Shown piece after piece: positions 18,901 through 28,526 of a DNA stretch of 64,000 bases (within the stretch, counting starts at the first letter, position 1; each line of letters opens with the position of its first letter). Below the pieces are notes generated by a model. The model was not told the DNA's origin. It saw only the letters and a list, made by a program, of their open reading frames with translations, and did no database searches. A program made the position numbers and the translations under genes. The stretch covers positions 186,001-250,000 of the IMG/VR virus record IMGVR_UViG_3300021963_000021; one strand, 5' to 3'.

Positions 18901-21900
18901 ATAGACAGAATCTTGATAACCGAAAATATGTCCACCTGTGCCAGTAGTAGATCCGTCGTAGATCGCAGCACCTGTGATAGGATAAACAACACGTTGGCTG
19001 TCTACGAATGATAGTGTCTGTACGGCAATCTGATCATCACCTGTGTTGCCAGACCATGTTGGAACAGTAAATGATGTACTGCCTTCTAACACTGGTAGGT
19101 TAACGTAGTTGTATCCATCTTTACTGCCTACAATAACATCTGCGGTAACTGCGTCAAGTCCTTCGTATTGTGTAAAGCTAAGAACACGTATGGTGTTGGT
19201 TCTATCCTCGTTAAAGATCAGCGCAGTAGAAGGTCTTGTGGCAACGATTTCTTCCTTGCCAGCTATAACAAGTTCTTCGTTTTGACGTATGATTACAGGT
19301 TTACCATTTGGTATGTCGATAGCTAGACCAGTCTGTCCTGTGACTAATCCTAAGCCCAGTGAGCAAACACCGTCTGGTAAATCTTGTGTACTAGCGGTGT
19401 TGATAACGTAGGTCTTAAGACCAAGACGAGTATTGCCGCCTGGATCACCGGTGTGATCGATATCAACAAACGAACCACTTCTTGGAACATACTGATAGTT
19501 GGACACATATAGTGTCAATTCGCCCTCGGCATTGGTTAAATCTAACCCTGGATTTGTATATGCGCTGGCCGTCTGTATCAGAGGGAATTTCAATGATACT
19601 ATGTCTGGAACTTCGTTGGGGTCAGCACCTTCTGCTTTTAGACCGTAGAACCCGTGTGCTGATGAACCGTTCAACGCACGAATCTGCGCACCGTTCAACG
19701 CATACATCGCTGTGTAGCAATAGTAGGTAAACATTGACACAGATTCGATCAAGCCGTTGTTCATAGCAAAGATGCCATAGCCCATGTCGTTGACCTGCGT
19801 AAAGTCATTGCCTAGCATCGACTTGTTACCAGCAGTACCGATAATAATCTTACCACGTCCGTTGCTGACAAAGTCTACAACTGTGGCCTGTATGTTACTG
19901 ATTTCAGCAACCACTAAGTTTCTTGCGCCCTGTAGTGTGGCACTTTGACCTGTGATAGTTGGGTTGACTGTGGCAGTGGCAGTATCATAGTCGCCGTCGG
20001 CAACATAATCTATCAACACATCTGTTAGTGTGTTTGTTCTTGTAGTTTCACTAGCAGATGCTGCTGGTAGTGCTACGTTTTGATTTAATATGTTTCCAAC
20101 TGACTTAGTCCACGATGTGTTGTCGTTGACAACTACATAACCTAATACAGTTTTTAATCTAGCTAAGGCAGCAGCAGTCTTTGCTTCTTGACCTAGGATA
20201 ACAGTTCCACCTGTTGCTAGTGCGCTGTAATAGGCTTCGGCGGCATTCTTGGTTAAGCTGTTGCCACTGTAAAGTATATCATAACACATCGCATCGATGA
20301 TATATCCTACGTCTCTAGAGCAAGCCGCTCCGTCGATGACATCTGAAGATGTAAATGGAGCAATGTTACCTGCTTTTTGTACATTAATCCAAGCAATAAT
20401 TTCTGCTTGAATAAACGCCTTGTTAGCAATTAATATATCCTTGGCCTTGACTTTGTTGTCAGTGCCGCTCATTCCTGTCGGTGTTGGATATGTTATAGCA
20501 GGAACAGATGCTGTTCCATTTTCTATAATATCTCTGATCAGCAACATTCTATCGCTGATTGTATTTCTAGCAGCAGAATATGTTCCTGGGTTTAGAAGTT
20601 TCTTAGCTTCTTCTTCAGCTTTGATGATAGCATTAAGCGTAGCAGTTAACTGATTTGTTGTAACATCAACGGCATATGATCTTAGATATGCTCTTCCTGC
20701 GTTGATAGATTGGAAGTTAGATCCTAACACCATGTCATATAACACAGCATTAACAATCAAGCCAACGTCACGAGAACAATATGTTTCATCATAGGCAGCG
20801 GCAGTTGCTCCGTAGAAAGGAGTATCTAACACGCATTCGTATTGTGGATAGATGCCTGGAACATCTGCGGTATTGCCATCTTGAACTAGTGTTTGGATGT
20901 AACTGATCGCGGTGTTTATGTTATCCGTGATGTTGGCATCAAGTAGATCTTGAGCTTCTAGGTCAATGTCAGTGGCCTGTTGGAACGCAAGTTTGTGTCC
21001 GGTTCCTGTGCCAATACTGGTTATGTTAATTTCAATAGAAGTGTTAACTTCTTTTTCTCTGGCAATCACCAGTTCCAGCGAACGATATAGTTGTACAGTG
21101 TTACCATCAAGCACATAGATGTAATATGTGCCACCGTCTGTTAGCGGACCTTCTGTAGCAGACATTGGTGTGCCACCTTCTGCTGTGTAAACAACTCTTG
21201 ACCCGTTGGTAAAACTATGACCAGGTATAGATATAGAGTTTGTTACTAAGCTAACATCGTTGATAGGATTGAATATTTTAGAAGTTCTTAAAACACTTGG
21301 TGGATCGTTGTTAACGATCTGTGTCATCAAATATTTGCCATACTCGATCGCATCAATAGTTTCGTCGACTTGATCAGCTGGGAATACACGACCAGATTGT
21401 CTAAAGTGTGCGTGACCTGCTCTTAGTGAGTTATTAAAATCACCAAACAAGTCGATAGACACAGCATCAACGATAAATCCAGTGTCACGCTTACACAGTG
21501 CTTCGTCGTAATCTAAACTTGGATAAACTGTATTGATGTATTCTATAACTTCTGATTGTATAAGTTCTTTGTTAGACTGTAGCAGTGATTTGGCTTTATA
21601 GATTTTTTCGCCGTATCTTACAATAACTTCTATGATATCAAAACAATTTCCAAGCACAGTTTCAGCAAGGTCACCGTCAGTGATTGATGGGATGGTTGTC
21701 TGTACTACTGTTCCTACTGCTGGCCATAGATCTTGATTGATTACATAGGTTGCGATTTCTTTGGCTTTAGCTATAGCGTCAGCAGTCTGCGATACCTGTC
21801 CAGATACTACAGTTGCTCCGTTGTTGAAATACAAACGACCTGCTTGTGTACTGTTAATGTAACCGCCATAAAGCACATCTTGTACAACAGCATCGACAAT

Positions 21901-24180
21901 AAGTCCTACGTCTCTATAACATTTTGCTTCGTCATATTCTAGACCAAGAAATTCACCGTTGATCCAAGCGATTGTTTCTGATTGAATAAATGCTCGGTTC
22001 TGTTCTAGCAGTACCTTAGCGCCGAAATATTCAGTTTCGATTTTGTTAACAAGTGTGATACGATATAGTTCGCCGCCCAGCACAAAAGAGTTAGGTAACT
22101 GTGGTTCGCGAACTAGACCACCTATGATAATTTTTTCTGTACTAGTGCCTACGCGGCCTAGTAATATACCTTCTAGGTTTCCTGAGAAGCCGTCGACAAA
22201 CTGACCACCAGCAAATTGTTTTTCGTTGATGCTTCGTGAGAAGCTGGTACCTGTTTGGCAGTAAGGTGATTTAGATCCGATCTGACTGTTTGGATCAAGC
22301 ACCATCATGAATCCGCCATGACCTTGTACTGTTAGGTTTCTAACAATAGTAGCGTCACCGCATAGGAACACGTCCATCTCATTGTTGTCTAACGGTCGGC
22401 TTGAATAGTCTAATGGATCTGTTAGATAGTGATAACCGTATTCGTATTTGGCAGCACGTAGGCCGTCGATGATTTGATCTCTACGGAAATACAAACGTGC
22501 CCAAGGACTTTGGCTAACGCCTTGTTTTGGTCTAATAATAGCACGACGGAATTCACTACCACGTAATGAAACGTTAGGAGGAATTCTTAATGGAAAGTTT
22601 TCATAGTAAACACCAGATTCTATTTCAATAGTAATCTGTATGTCTTTAACTGGCTCACCGTATTCGATAATTTCATCGTTTTCAAATACGCCACTGATCA
22701 ATTCAATATCAAAAATCTCACGGCCAAACGAGTCTCTAGAACCGTTGTGGCTGATAATTTTAGCAACAGCACGTGAGTTTAGACCTCTTAGACATTGACC
22801 TTCACGAAGATCGTCATCAAAGTCTGATCCTTTGTTGTCTGTTTCTAACAATAGTCTTGGTAGGAATATCTCAACAGTAGGAATTACGTCGTAGCCCGAA
22901 CCACCTCTTGCGATAGTGACTTCTTTGATTTCACCGCTGATTTCTGTAACGTAGGCCTCTGTGCCGCCACCAGTTCCGCTGCTGGTAACAATAACCGAAG
23001 CGCCTGAACCATACCCGGAACCACTGTCTGTTACTATGATACTGGTAACTGTAAATCTAGCAGAGATGCTAGCAGTGCCACTACCGCTACCACCTACAAG
23101 ACCTATATTATCTAAATCATCTGGTAGTAGAGAATATACACCCTGTTGCTCAATGGCTACCTGTGTGATGCTTCCTGCGAAGTCCTTTGCTACAACACGT
23201 AGCAGAGCAGGGACAATAGCAGTACCGCCGCTGATACCAAGTGTATCGCCGATTTCGTATCCAGTACCGCCTTGAATGATAGAGATTAATGTATCTGGAT
23301 CGAGACCTAGTCTTGCTTCAGCAAGCGCACCTGCGCCAGACAACGGAGATTCAATAATATCAAACAATGTACAATTTTCTGTACCGTTATTGAATGTAAG
23401 TATTTTTTGGTAAGGTCCTAGTTCGATTGGAGCATCGTTGACTAGTTCTTCTGCTAATTCGCAGGCACGTTGTACACTTCTAAATGCTGTAGACCAAAAA
23501 CGACCTTTTGCGCTTTCTGGAATATCTGTGCGATAATCTTGACCATTAGTAGTAACGTAGATGTTTGTGATACTGCTGAAAGTCTTTGAGTCAACGTAGG
23601 ATTTTGTTGAAGCAACTAACCCGCCATAGTTAACGTCATCAGAGTCTACAGGGTTACGTGAAAGCACTAACGGTCCAGTCATTGTGCCCCAAGATGGACT
23701 AGTAGCACCTGTTTCTGGATTTACAGCATCAACACCTGCTAGGCTTAACTTACCGTCTACATAGCCTTTTGTAGCTGCGTCAGTGTCTACAGAACCTTCG
23801 GAAAGATTAGTAATACGTTTAAAGTTAGCATTAAGATTGGCAGCTAGTGTTGGGTTTCCATCGTTGATCAACGCAGATGCTAATGAGCTAAAACTAATAA
23901 CACCTGGAATAGTTTGGTTAATAACGATGGTAGCATCACCACGTAATTCTTTGAACAACAAGCGTTCGTTGTCGCCGTCGACAACTAACACTTTATTGGT
24001 ATCTGTTGTTAGGTACTGCCCAGGGGTATCGTCTAAGCCGATAAAGCTAAGAGCGCCTTCTTGCCCTAGTACAGCATATAATTCTTGGAAGTTGTCGTTT
24101 ACTTTTTTAAACGAATCACGTATACTATCACCGGTACCGTCGTTGCCTTCGACTCCGATGTTTATTTCTTTTCTTGACAT
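15946..24180 (-). CDS. giant (2744 aa) baseplate/tail-fibre protein
   Basis: gp9/10-like N-terminus NDGTGDSIRDSF.KVN.NF, four CxRD repeats, FCCH-like beta modules, C-terminal ADLAEWY chaperone-like domain. Confidence 0.7.
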   Translation of the reverse strand: MSRKEINIGVEGNDGTGDSIRDSFKKVNDNFQELYAVLGQEGALSFIGLDDTPGQYLTTDTNKVLVVDGDNERLLFKELRGDATIVINQTIPGVISFSSLASALINDGNPTLAANLNANFKRITNLSEGSVDTDAATKGYVDGKLSLAGVDAVNPETGATSPSWGTMTGPLVLSRNPVDSDDVNYGGLVASTKSYVDSKTFSSITNIYVTTNGQDYRTDIPESAKGRFWSTAFRSVQRACELAEELVNDAPIELGPYQKILTFNNGTENCTLFDIIESPLSGAGALAEARLGLDPDTLISIIQGGTGYEIGDTLGISGGTAIVPALLRVVAKDFAGSITQVAIEQQGVYSLLPDDLDNIGLVGGSGSGTASISARFTVTSIIVTDSGSGYGSGASVIVTSSGTGGGTEAYVTEISGEIKEVTIARGGSGYDVIPTVEIFLPRLLLETDNKGSDFDDDLREGQCLRGLNSRAVAKIISHNGSRDSFGREIFDIELISGVFENDEIIEYGEPVKDIQITIEIESGVYYENFPLRIPPNVSLRGSEFRRAIIRPKQGVSQSPWARLYFRRDQIIDGLRAAKYEYGYHYLTDPLDYSSRPLDNNEMDVFLCGDATIVRNLTVQGHGGFMMVLDPNSQIGSKSPYCQTGTSFSRSINEKQFAGGQFVDGFSGNLEGILLGRVGTSTEKIIIGGLVREPQLPNSFVLGGELYRITLVNKIETEYFGAKVLLEQNRAFIQSETIAWINGEFLGLEYDEAKCYRDVGLIVDAVVQDVLYGGYINSTQAGRLYFNNGATVVSGQVSQTADAIAKAKEIATYVINQDLWPAVGTVVQTTIPSITDGDLAETVLGNCFDIIEVIVRYGEKIYKAKSLLQSNKELIQSEVIEYINTVYPSLDYDEALCKRDTGFIVDAVSIDLFGDFNNSLRAGHAHFRQSGRVFPADQVDETIDAIEYGKYLMTQIVNNDPPSVLRTSKIFNPINDVSLVTNSISIPGHSFTNGSRVVYTAEGGTPMSATEGPLTDGGTYYIYVLDGNTVQLYRSLELVIAREKEVNTSIEINITSIGTGTGHKLAFQQATDIDLEAQDLLDANITDNINTAISYIQTLVQDGNTADVPGIYPQYECVLDTPFYGATAAAYDETYCSRDVGLIVNAVLYDMVLGSNFQSINAGRAYLRSYAVDVTTNQLTATLNAIIKAEEEAKKLLNPGTYSAARNTISDRMLLIRDIIENGTASVPAITYPTPTGMSGTDNKVKAKDILIANKAFIQAEIIAWINVQKAGNIAPFTSSDVIDGAACSRDVGYIIDAMCYDILYSGNSLTKNAAEAYYSALATGGTVILGQEAKTAAALARLKTVLGYVVVNDNTSWTKSVGNILNQNVALPAASASETTRTNTLTDVLIDYVADGDYDTATATVNPTITGQSATLQGARNLVVAEISNIQATVVDFVSNGRGKIIIGTAGNKSMLGNDFTQVNDMGYGIFAMNNGLIESVSMFTYYCYTAMYALNGAQIRALNGSSAHGFYGLKAEGADPNEVPDIVSLKFPLIQTASAYTNPGLDLTNAEGELTLYVSNYQYVPRSGSFVDIDHTGDPGGNTRLGLKTYVINTASTQDLPDGVCSLGLGLVTGQTGLAIDIPNGKPVIIRQNEELVIAGKEEIVATRPSTALIFNEDRTNTIRVLSFTQYEGLDAVTADVIVGSKDGYNYVNLPVLEGSTSFTVPTWSGNTGDDQIAVQTLSFVDSQRVVYPITGAAIYDGSTTGTGGHIFGYQDSVYEITGYDVNSADPNNPIGVLTFRNLTNPLAVTRTATVSAATKANPCVITTSTEQYLNAGRRIKFTGVTGMTQLNGNTYYVNPLTYSITATATVASTDNITVSSTAGLAAGQRIVFSGVVFGGIVANETYIIHTVGAGTIKITATTGGTVYGLSDASGSMAVVVTSDTNFALYTDSALTMTLDSTGFGVFSGGTSSLQVLGGLTYSVNASNGNLTLNSGIRAGAVGDITVNISTMRATGHDFLDIGTGSYADTNYPNNIFGPPANTPDKENQVIEKGKGRVFFVSTDQSGNFRVGDFFAVDQGTGQVTLDASINLRGIDSLRLRQGQEISEFSNDTSLGGSGLPDSQAVPTENATRTYIDRRLGLSHFGVRVTDGLIGPGYLALNGELSMKGNLDMDDNRVLNLPQPRQGIAGGEEAVPRFFMKMANLEDGPSGWRPETGSPTYGVSNSDILVFTGTGANFTNATVGGYLTFTRSGTTINATINDNTIVDADINYDAAIGQHKLALNTAKATTADGYSVTAYTANTTVSTTITAAGHGFSNNNVVVISGETTVTAINGDWKISNVTTDTFDIPANTSGGGVISGSAKVRLYGMLSGAKDTEFTIVNGFLALKDATSTTTGISRAKLAHIDPSVYDATDQTSLSGTVTKVLGRRGVPTTGTPTGAVVPIDARTIVEDADGLSRAEVPSIGVVVRSSTGTGTGKFTTVTYGSSNANNTIVQRGPSGEIAIGALTTTGVTSSGSITLTGGINAGDGVNFTVNSTTTSSLTRVLDDGATGSYYTLVRNGNGGSGIRLNDGSTSARQYTSYIAREHRFTDTGGLTNGVIDVKGGTLASTTTGGVLTNGYISGYWNVNAGSRMSATWADLAEWYASDKEYEPGTVVMFGGDSEITLCNEAATTRVAGVVTTNPAFVLNSEQQGTRTCVALQGRVPTKVVGKVKKGDLIVASGIAGIAISAGTVASPGTIIGKALEDYDSDRIGTIEIVVGRV

Positions 24181-24214
24181 TCTAAATGCTCCGGTAAGTA
24201 GACCTTTACTGAAA

Positions 24215-24250
24215 TATTTAGCCCAAAATTTTATAAGCCGAATGTAAATA
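24215..24250. promoter_or_regulatory. divergent T4-type late promoter motifs (TAAATA)
   Basis: TAAATA on minus 24220-24215 and on plus 24245-24250, each just upstream of a start codon. Confidence 0.55.
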
Positions 24251-24254
24251 CCTT

Positions 24255-24542
24255 ATGTATCTACGTCAAGAAACCAGAACTCAGGAATATGTTAGGTCTA
24301 GTAAGCTAGGTAAAGAACATGTCTATAAGAGAGATAAAACAGTAGCTATCTTTAGATGCGATAACTGTGACGGTCCGTTTGAAAGAGATCTCAAGAATAT
24401 AGATCACAGACGTTTGAGCAACAACTATTTTCACTGTTGCCCAAACTGTGATGCTAAACGATTTGCCCAGAAAAAGTCTATAGATAGGAAAAAGATCTGG
24501 GATATGCCAGCTAGCAGTACGCTACCTGTTAGTAAGTACTAG
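24255..24542 (+). CDS. small Zn-ribbon-like protein
   Basis: CDNC and CCPNC pairs. Confidence 0.55.
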   Translation: MYLRQETRTQEYVRSSKLGKEHVYKRDKTVAIFRCDNCDGPFERDLKNIDHRRLSNNYFHCCPNCDAKRFAQKKSIDRKKIWDMPASSTLPVSKY

Positions 24543-24859
24543 ACTTTGAAGCTTTCACCGCAACCGCAACGTGCGGTTTCGTTAGGATTATTAAATTCAA
24601 AACCTTCATTAAGTCCGTTTCGTACCCAGTCCATTTTAAGGCCTGCTATATAGACCATACTCTTGGCATCTGTATAAATTTTAACACCATGACTTTCCCA
24701 AACATCTTCTAGTTCGTTGGGTCGGTCGACATATTCTAAAACATAAGAAAGGCCCGAGCAACCAGTGGTTTTTACACCTACTCGTATACCTAGGCCTTTG
24801 CCTCTACGTTCTAATTGTTGTTTTACTTTTTCAGCTGCTAGTTCTGACAGCGTTATCAT
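24539..24859 (-). CDS. iscA: Fe-S assembly A-type carrier IscA
   Basis: TTGCSGLSY and CGCGESF motifs. Confidence 0.95.
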   Translation of the reverse strand: MITLSELAAEKVKQQLERRGKGLGIRVGVKTTGCSGLSYVLEYVDRPNELEDVWESHGVKIYTDAKSMVYIAGLKMDWVRNGLNEGFEFNNPNETARCGCGESFKV

Positions 24860-25232
24860 GTTTTTCTCTATAATCCTTTACTGCTGCTTTAATCGCATCT
24901 TCTGCCAATATGCTACAATGTATTTTGACCGGAGGTAGGGCGAGCTCTTCTGCAATCGCAGAATTCTTAATGCTTCCTGCTTCGTCAAGAGTCTTACCTT
25001 TGAGCCATTCTGTAACAAGAGAGCTAGACGCAATTGCCGACCCGCATCCGTAAGTTTTGAATTTAGCATCTTCTATAATACCGTTATCGCTGACTTTGAT
25101 CTGTAATTTCATTACGTCCCCACACGCAGGTGCGCCAACCATTCCGGTACCTACATTAGTATCAGACTTATCAAAACTGCCCACATTGCGAGGATTCTCA
25201 TAATGATCAATTACCTTATCACTGTAGGCCAT
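24831..25232 (-). CDS. iscU: Fe-S scaffold IscU
   Basis: YSDKVIDHYENPRN, APACGD, KTYGCGSA, LPPVKIHCS. Confidence 0.97.
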   Translation of the reverse strand: MAYSDKVIDHYENPRNVGSFDKSDTNVGTGMVGAPACGDVMKLQIKVSDNGIIEDAKFKTYGCGSAIASSSLVTEWLKGKTLDEAGSIKNSAIAEELALPPVKIHCSILAEDAIKAAVKDYREKHDNAVRTSS

Positions 25233-25234
25233 AC

Positions 25235-25351
25235 TTACTCCTTGCTAAAAAATCCTTTTATTTTAGCTTCAAGAGTTTTGGCCCAATCCGGTTGTGGAAA
25301 ATGCCACCCAACAAATGCTCCTACTAAACCCCAAAATAGAATTTCTAACAT
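25235..25351 (-). CDS. small membrane protein (38 aa)
   Basis: AGGAG RBS; MLEILFWGLVGAFVGWHFPQP. Confidence 0.55.
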   Translation of the reverse strand: MLEILFWGLVGAFVGWHFPQPDWAKTLEAKIKGFFSKE

Positions 25352-25415
25352 TTTATTTCTCCTTTTTAAACTGCTGTACATATATTTAATAAATATTCCA
25401 CAAGGGAGATTTACT

Positions 25416-25649
25416 ATGTTAAAACTATTAGCCAAACTTTTTGGTGCCAAACCAGCTGCTCCAGCAGAAGCAGAAGCTCCATATAAAGTAGAAGCTCCGG
25501 CGGTTAAGGAAGAAGCGCCTGCTACTCCTGTCGCTGAAAAAGCAACGCAAGCGGTTGTGGAATCTATTGCTCCAGCTAAAAAGCCACGTGCTAAGAAACC
25601 AGCTGCTCCAAAGAAACCTTCAACTCGTAAACCGAAATCAAAGGCCTAA
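25416..25649 (+). CDS. Ala/Pro/Lys-rich histone-like protein
   Basis: GGGAG RBS, TAAATA upstream, basic KKP repeats at the C-terminus. Confidence 0.55.
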   Translation: MLKLLAKLFGAKPAAPAEAEAPYKVEAPAVKEEAPATPVAEKATQAVVESIAPAKKPRAKKPAAPKKPSTRKPKSKA

Positions 25650-26663
25650 TCTTTTAGCTTCTTCGTAGAGTGCGAACGATGCTAGATTTTTAGCCTTGCT
25701 TTCGCACATGATATCGAAGTTTTCTCTAAAACTCAGAGCCCATTCATTAGCTGCTGTATTCCAGTAGAAGTTTGAGTGTGCTCTGAGTTTTGCTTTCTTA
25801 TGACCGCTTTCTAAGAGGGTCTGAAGAGCGGGACGGGTGTCTCCGGAATGTTCTCTAAGTACGTCTTCCCTAGAAACAGAATAGTGTATGACAGGGCGAT
25901 TACCACGCCAACTGTCACTAATCCTTTTAACACGATCGTCAGTTGCTTCAATATATTCTCCGGTTTTAATCCAATGGTGATGTATGTCTAACACTAGAGC
26001 ACAGTCATTGACTAGTTCAATGCTGTCTTCGATGCCCCAGGTCATTTCGTCGTTTTCGATAGTAAGTGTGTTACGAGCTTCGGGCGTCATACGAGCCAGC
26101 GCAGCACGTATTCCCATTGGGCCTTGTCGGCCTGCGATATGAACGTTGATTTTAAAGTCTTGAAACGTTTTGCCAAATCCCATCCAGCGAGCCATGTCCA
26201 CATGATATTCAAACTCCTCTATTGATCGATTTACAATATCTGGGTTATCAGATGCCAGGACAGTAAACTGACCAGGATGAAAAGACAACCGTACATTCCT
26301 CTCGCGAGCCACAGCCCCCACTTGCCCAAATGCTCTCTCGCAATAGGCTCGTACATCGGAACGCCGCCAATAGCTGCCCCAAGTAGGCTCAGTGTAGACA
26401 GGAAGTATATCGCTGCTGAGTCGTACCATTCTAAGATCTTCATCTTGTTCTCCTACCAGAGTAACAAGTTTACGAACAGCTTCTATGTTGGATTCCATTA
26501 AATCCCATAGTTTCTGTTCCGCAACATCCCTGGTTTGTCTATTTAACCAGGCTACAGTAGTGCTGCCAGTATTATACTGTTTACAGTTGTCCTTCTGCTT
26601 GATGCCGTCTATTTGACTAGGACCGTCGATCCACTTACAGGCAAAACCTATTCTTTTGGGCAT
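25638..26663 (-). CDS. uvsE: UV damage endonuclease UvsE/UvdE
   Basis: IGFAC, RLSSD, SFHPGQF, INVH, LTIENDE, VLDIHHH, IHYS, DIMCESKAK. Confidence 0.92.
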   Translation of the reverse strand: MPKRIGFACKWIDGPSQIDGIKQKDNCKQYNTGSTTVAWLNRQTRDVAEQKLWDLMESNIEAVRKLVTLVGEQDEDLRMVRLSSDILPVYTEPTWGSYWRRSDVRAYCERAFGQVGAVARERNVRLSFHPGQFTVLASDNPDIVNRSIEEFEYHVDMARWMGFGKTFQDFKINVHIAGRQGPMGIRAALARMTPEARNTLTIENDEMTWGIEDSIELVNDCALVLDIHHHWIKTGEYIEATDDRVKRISDSWRGNRPVIHYSVSREDVLREHSGDTRPALQTLLESGHKKAKLRAHSNFYWNTAANEWALSFRENFDIMCESKAKNLASFALYEEAKRLGL

Positions 26664-26833
26664 TCTGGATTTTCTTTTTTAGATATGCTGAATGACCCAT
26701 TACCTAGGTCTTCCCACGTTAATGTATCACCAAAATCCCAACCCATCTGATTCAACAGATCGGGAGGAAGCGGCAACATTAAGTCGCCGGTGTCTGGATC
26801 TTCTTCAATAAAAACTGTATAGTTGTTCTTCAT
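26648..26833 (-). CDS. AbrB/MazE-like small DNA-binding protein
   Basis: L.LP.P.DL...MGW..GD.L.W; TTGCTA-N17-TATAAT ends 6 nt before ATG 26833. Confidence 0.55.
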   Translation of the reverse strand: MKNNYTVFIEEDPDTGDLMLPLPPDLLNQMGWDFGDTLTWEDLGNGSFSISKKENPECPKE

Positions 26834-26878
26834 AGTCTTATTATACACTGGTTGATCTAAAATAGCAATATATATTAT

Positions 26879-27706
26879 ATGATCTTTAACTCGTTTCGTC
26901 AACATGGTGCGTTAAACAGTCCGCCGATATTTGATGCCTTTGAAGCAGGCCTGGGAAGAATTGGGCATACAGTTGTTCAAAATCAAATGAATTCGGACGC
27001 TGCTATAATTTGGTCAGTGCTATGGCACGGTAGAATGAAACAGAACAGAGCTGTATGGGATCATTATCGACAACAGAACAGACCCGTTATTGTTCTAGAA
27101 GTCAGTTGCCTACAGCGTGACCACACATGGAAGATTGGCATTAACGGAATCAATGCTGGCTCTTATTTTGTTCCAGCCCAAGTTGATGATACTAGAATTA
27201 AAAAGCTAGGCGTGTCATTACAGTCTTGGCGGCAAGGTGAGAATATAGTTGTTTGTCCACAACACGGATTCAGTCATCAATGGAGAGAAAATCCCAGTGT
27301 TGATGATTGGCTAAGAAATACTATAACGCAAATCCAGCAGCATACTGATCGACCGATAATAGTTAGACCTCATCCTAGATTTCCAGTTAACCTAAAAAAT
27401 ATCACAGTCAGCAAAGCACCATTCAAACAAGATCTGTTGAATGCCTGGGCAGTGGTTAATTGGAACAGCAACCCTGGAATAGAATCTATAATACAGGGTG
27501 TTCCTAGTTTTGTTGGGCCTGATAGTCTTGCTGCGCCAGTTGCGAATACAAATTTAGCTGATATTGAAACACCACAGATGCCTGATCGAACTCAATGGCT
27601 CAACGAACTGGCTTGGACAGAATGGACCATTGAAGAAATGGCCGCCGGCATACCTCAGAAATTATTAATTGATCAAATCCAATTATCGACGATAACAGGA
27701 TCTTGA
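26879..27706 (+). CDS. glycosyltransferase-like/polysaccharide-modifying protein
   Basis: IIVRPHP, VVNWNSN.GIESII.GVP resemble capsule-biosynthesis GT-B proteins. Confidence 0.5.
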   Translation: MIFNSFRQHGALNSPPIFDAFEAGLGRIGHTVVQNQMNSDAAIIWSVLWHGRMKQNRAVWDHYRQQNRPVIVLEVSCLQRDHTWKIGINGINAGSYFVPAQVDDTRIKKLGVSLQSWRQGENIVVCPQHGFSHQWRENPSVDDWLRNTITQIQQHTDRPIIVRPHPRFPVNLKNITVSKAPFKQDLLNAWAVVNWNSNPGIESIIQGVPSFVGPDSLAAPVANTNLADIETPQMPDRTQWLNELAWTEWTIEEMAAGIPQKLLIDQIQLSTITGS

Positions 27707-28368
27707 ACAGCATGGACTGGCGGGTTTCCATGGAATGCTAACACAGCACAGCCGTTGGGTATTTCTGGATTCCTAACAGTTTTGAAAAAACTGTTTTTAC
27801 CAAGTCCGTGTAACTCGTCCCTAGTCCTAACTTCCCATTTATAACTGAGAATCCACTGTTCGGGAAAGAATTTGATCTCTCCACCGTAGATGCTCCATAT
27901 CCAATCTTGATCACCATGGAGCCGTTTGGCCTGTCCAAAGTTATTTTCTAATTTGTCCCATATGTCGTGATACTTGTTAGCAGGCCAACGCATCACAGCA
28001 CTGCCTAGTTTTTGGTATCCCGGTCTAAACACACGACCAACATCCTGTAGTCCTACAAAATGTGAAGCCATGTAAGTGACAAAATGATCTATGTTATTGA
28101 CGATAACCATATCTAGATCAAAATATAATATGGTATCTCCGTCGGGAAAATGTCCGTGTTTAAAGATGTAAGGTTTGTACCACCAACCATCAATAGGCAA
28201 TTTAGGTAGATCTATGATCTCTATATTATCGTTTAGATCTTTTCTATCTTCTGTGAAGCAGATAAAACGATGAGGCATCGTTAGATGCCTCCGTATCATA
28301 TTGTAGAGTTTGTTTACGTATTCTGGACCATATTTGGTTCCATGTTTTAGACAAACGACATTTAACAT
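27673..28368 (-). CDS. GT-A fold glycosyltransferase (GT8-like)
   Basis: YFDLD DxD motif, GDQDW, FHG.P. Confidence 0.7.
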   Translation of the reverse strand: MLNVVCLKHGTKYGPEYVNKLYNMIRRHLTMPHRFICFTEDRKDLNDNIEIIDLPKLPIDGWWYKPYIFKHGHFPDGDTILYFDLDMVIVNNIDHFVTYMASHFVGLQDVGRVFRPGYQKLGSAVMRWPANKYHDIWDKLENNFGQAKRLHGDQDWIWSIYGGEIKFFPEQWILSYKWEVRTRDELHGLGKNSFFKTVRNPEIPNGCAVLAFHGNPPVHAVQDPVIVDNWI

Positions 28369-28526
28369 TACCAGTGCCTTATGACGCCTGCTATGATGAA
28401 TGCGTTTGTAATAAGATATGAAAGAATTATAAATGTGCGAACAAGTGCTACCATATCAGCTTCCTGACTTGTAGCACCAGATTTCTCACCAAGGGCCTTG
28501 GCCCAAATTCTCCAGATATTACGCAT
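28368..28526 (-). CDS. small membrane protein (52 aa)
   Basis: Not in ORF track; MRNIWRIWAKALGEK...RHW, coupled at both ends. Confidence 0.6.
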   Translation of the reverse strand: MRNIWRIWAKALGEKSGATSQEADMVALVRTFIILSYLITNAFIIAGVIRHW

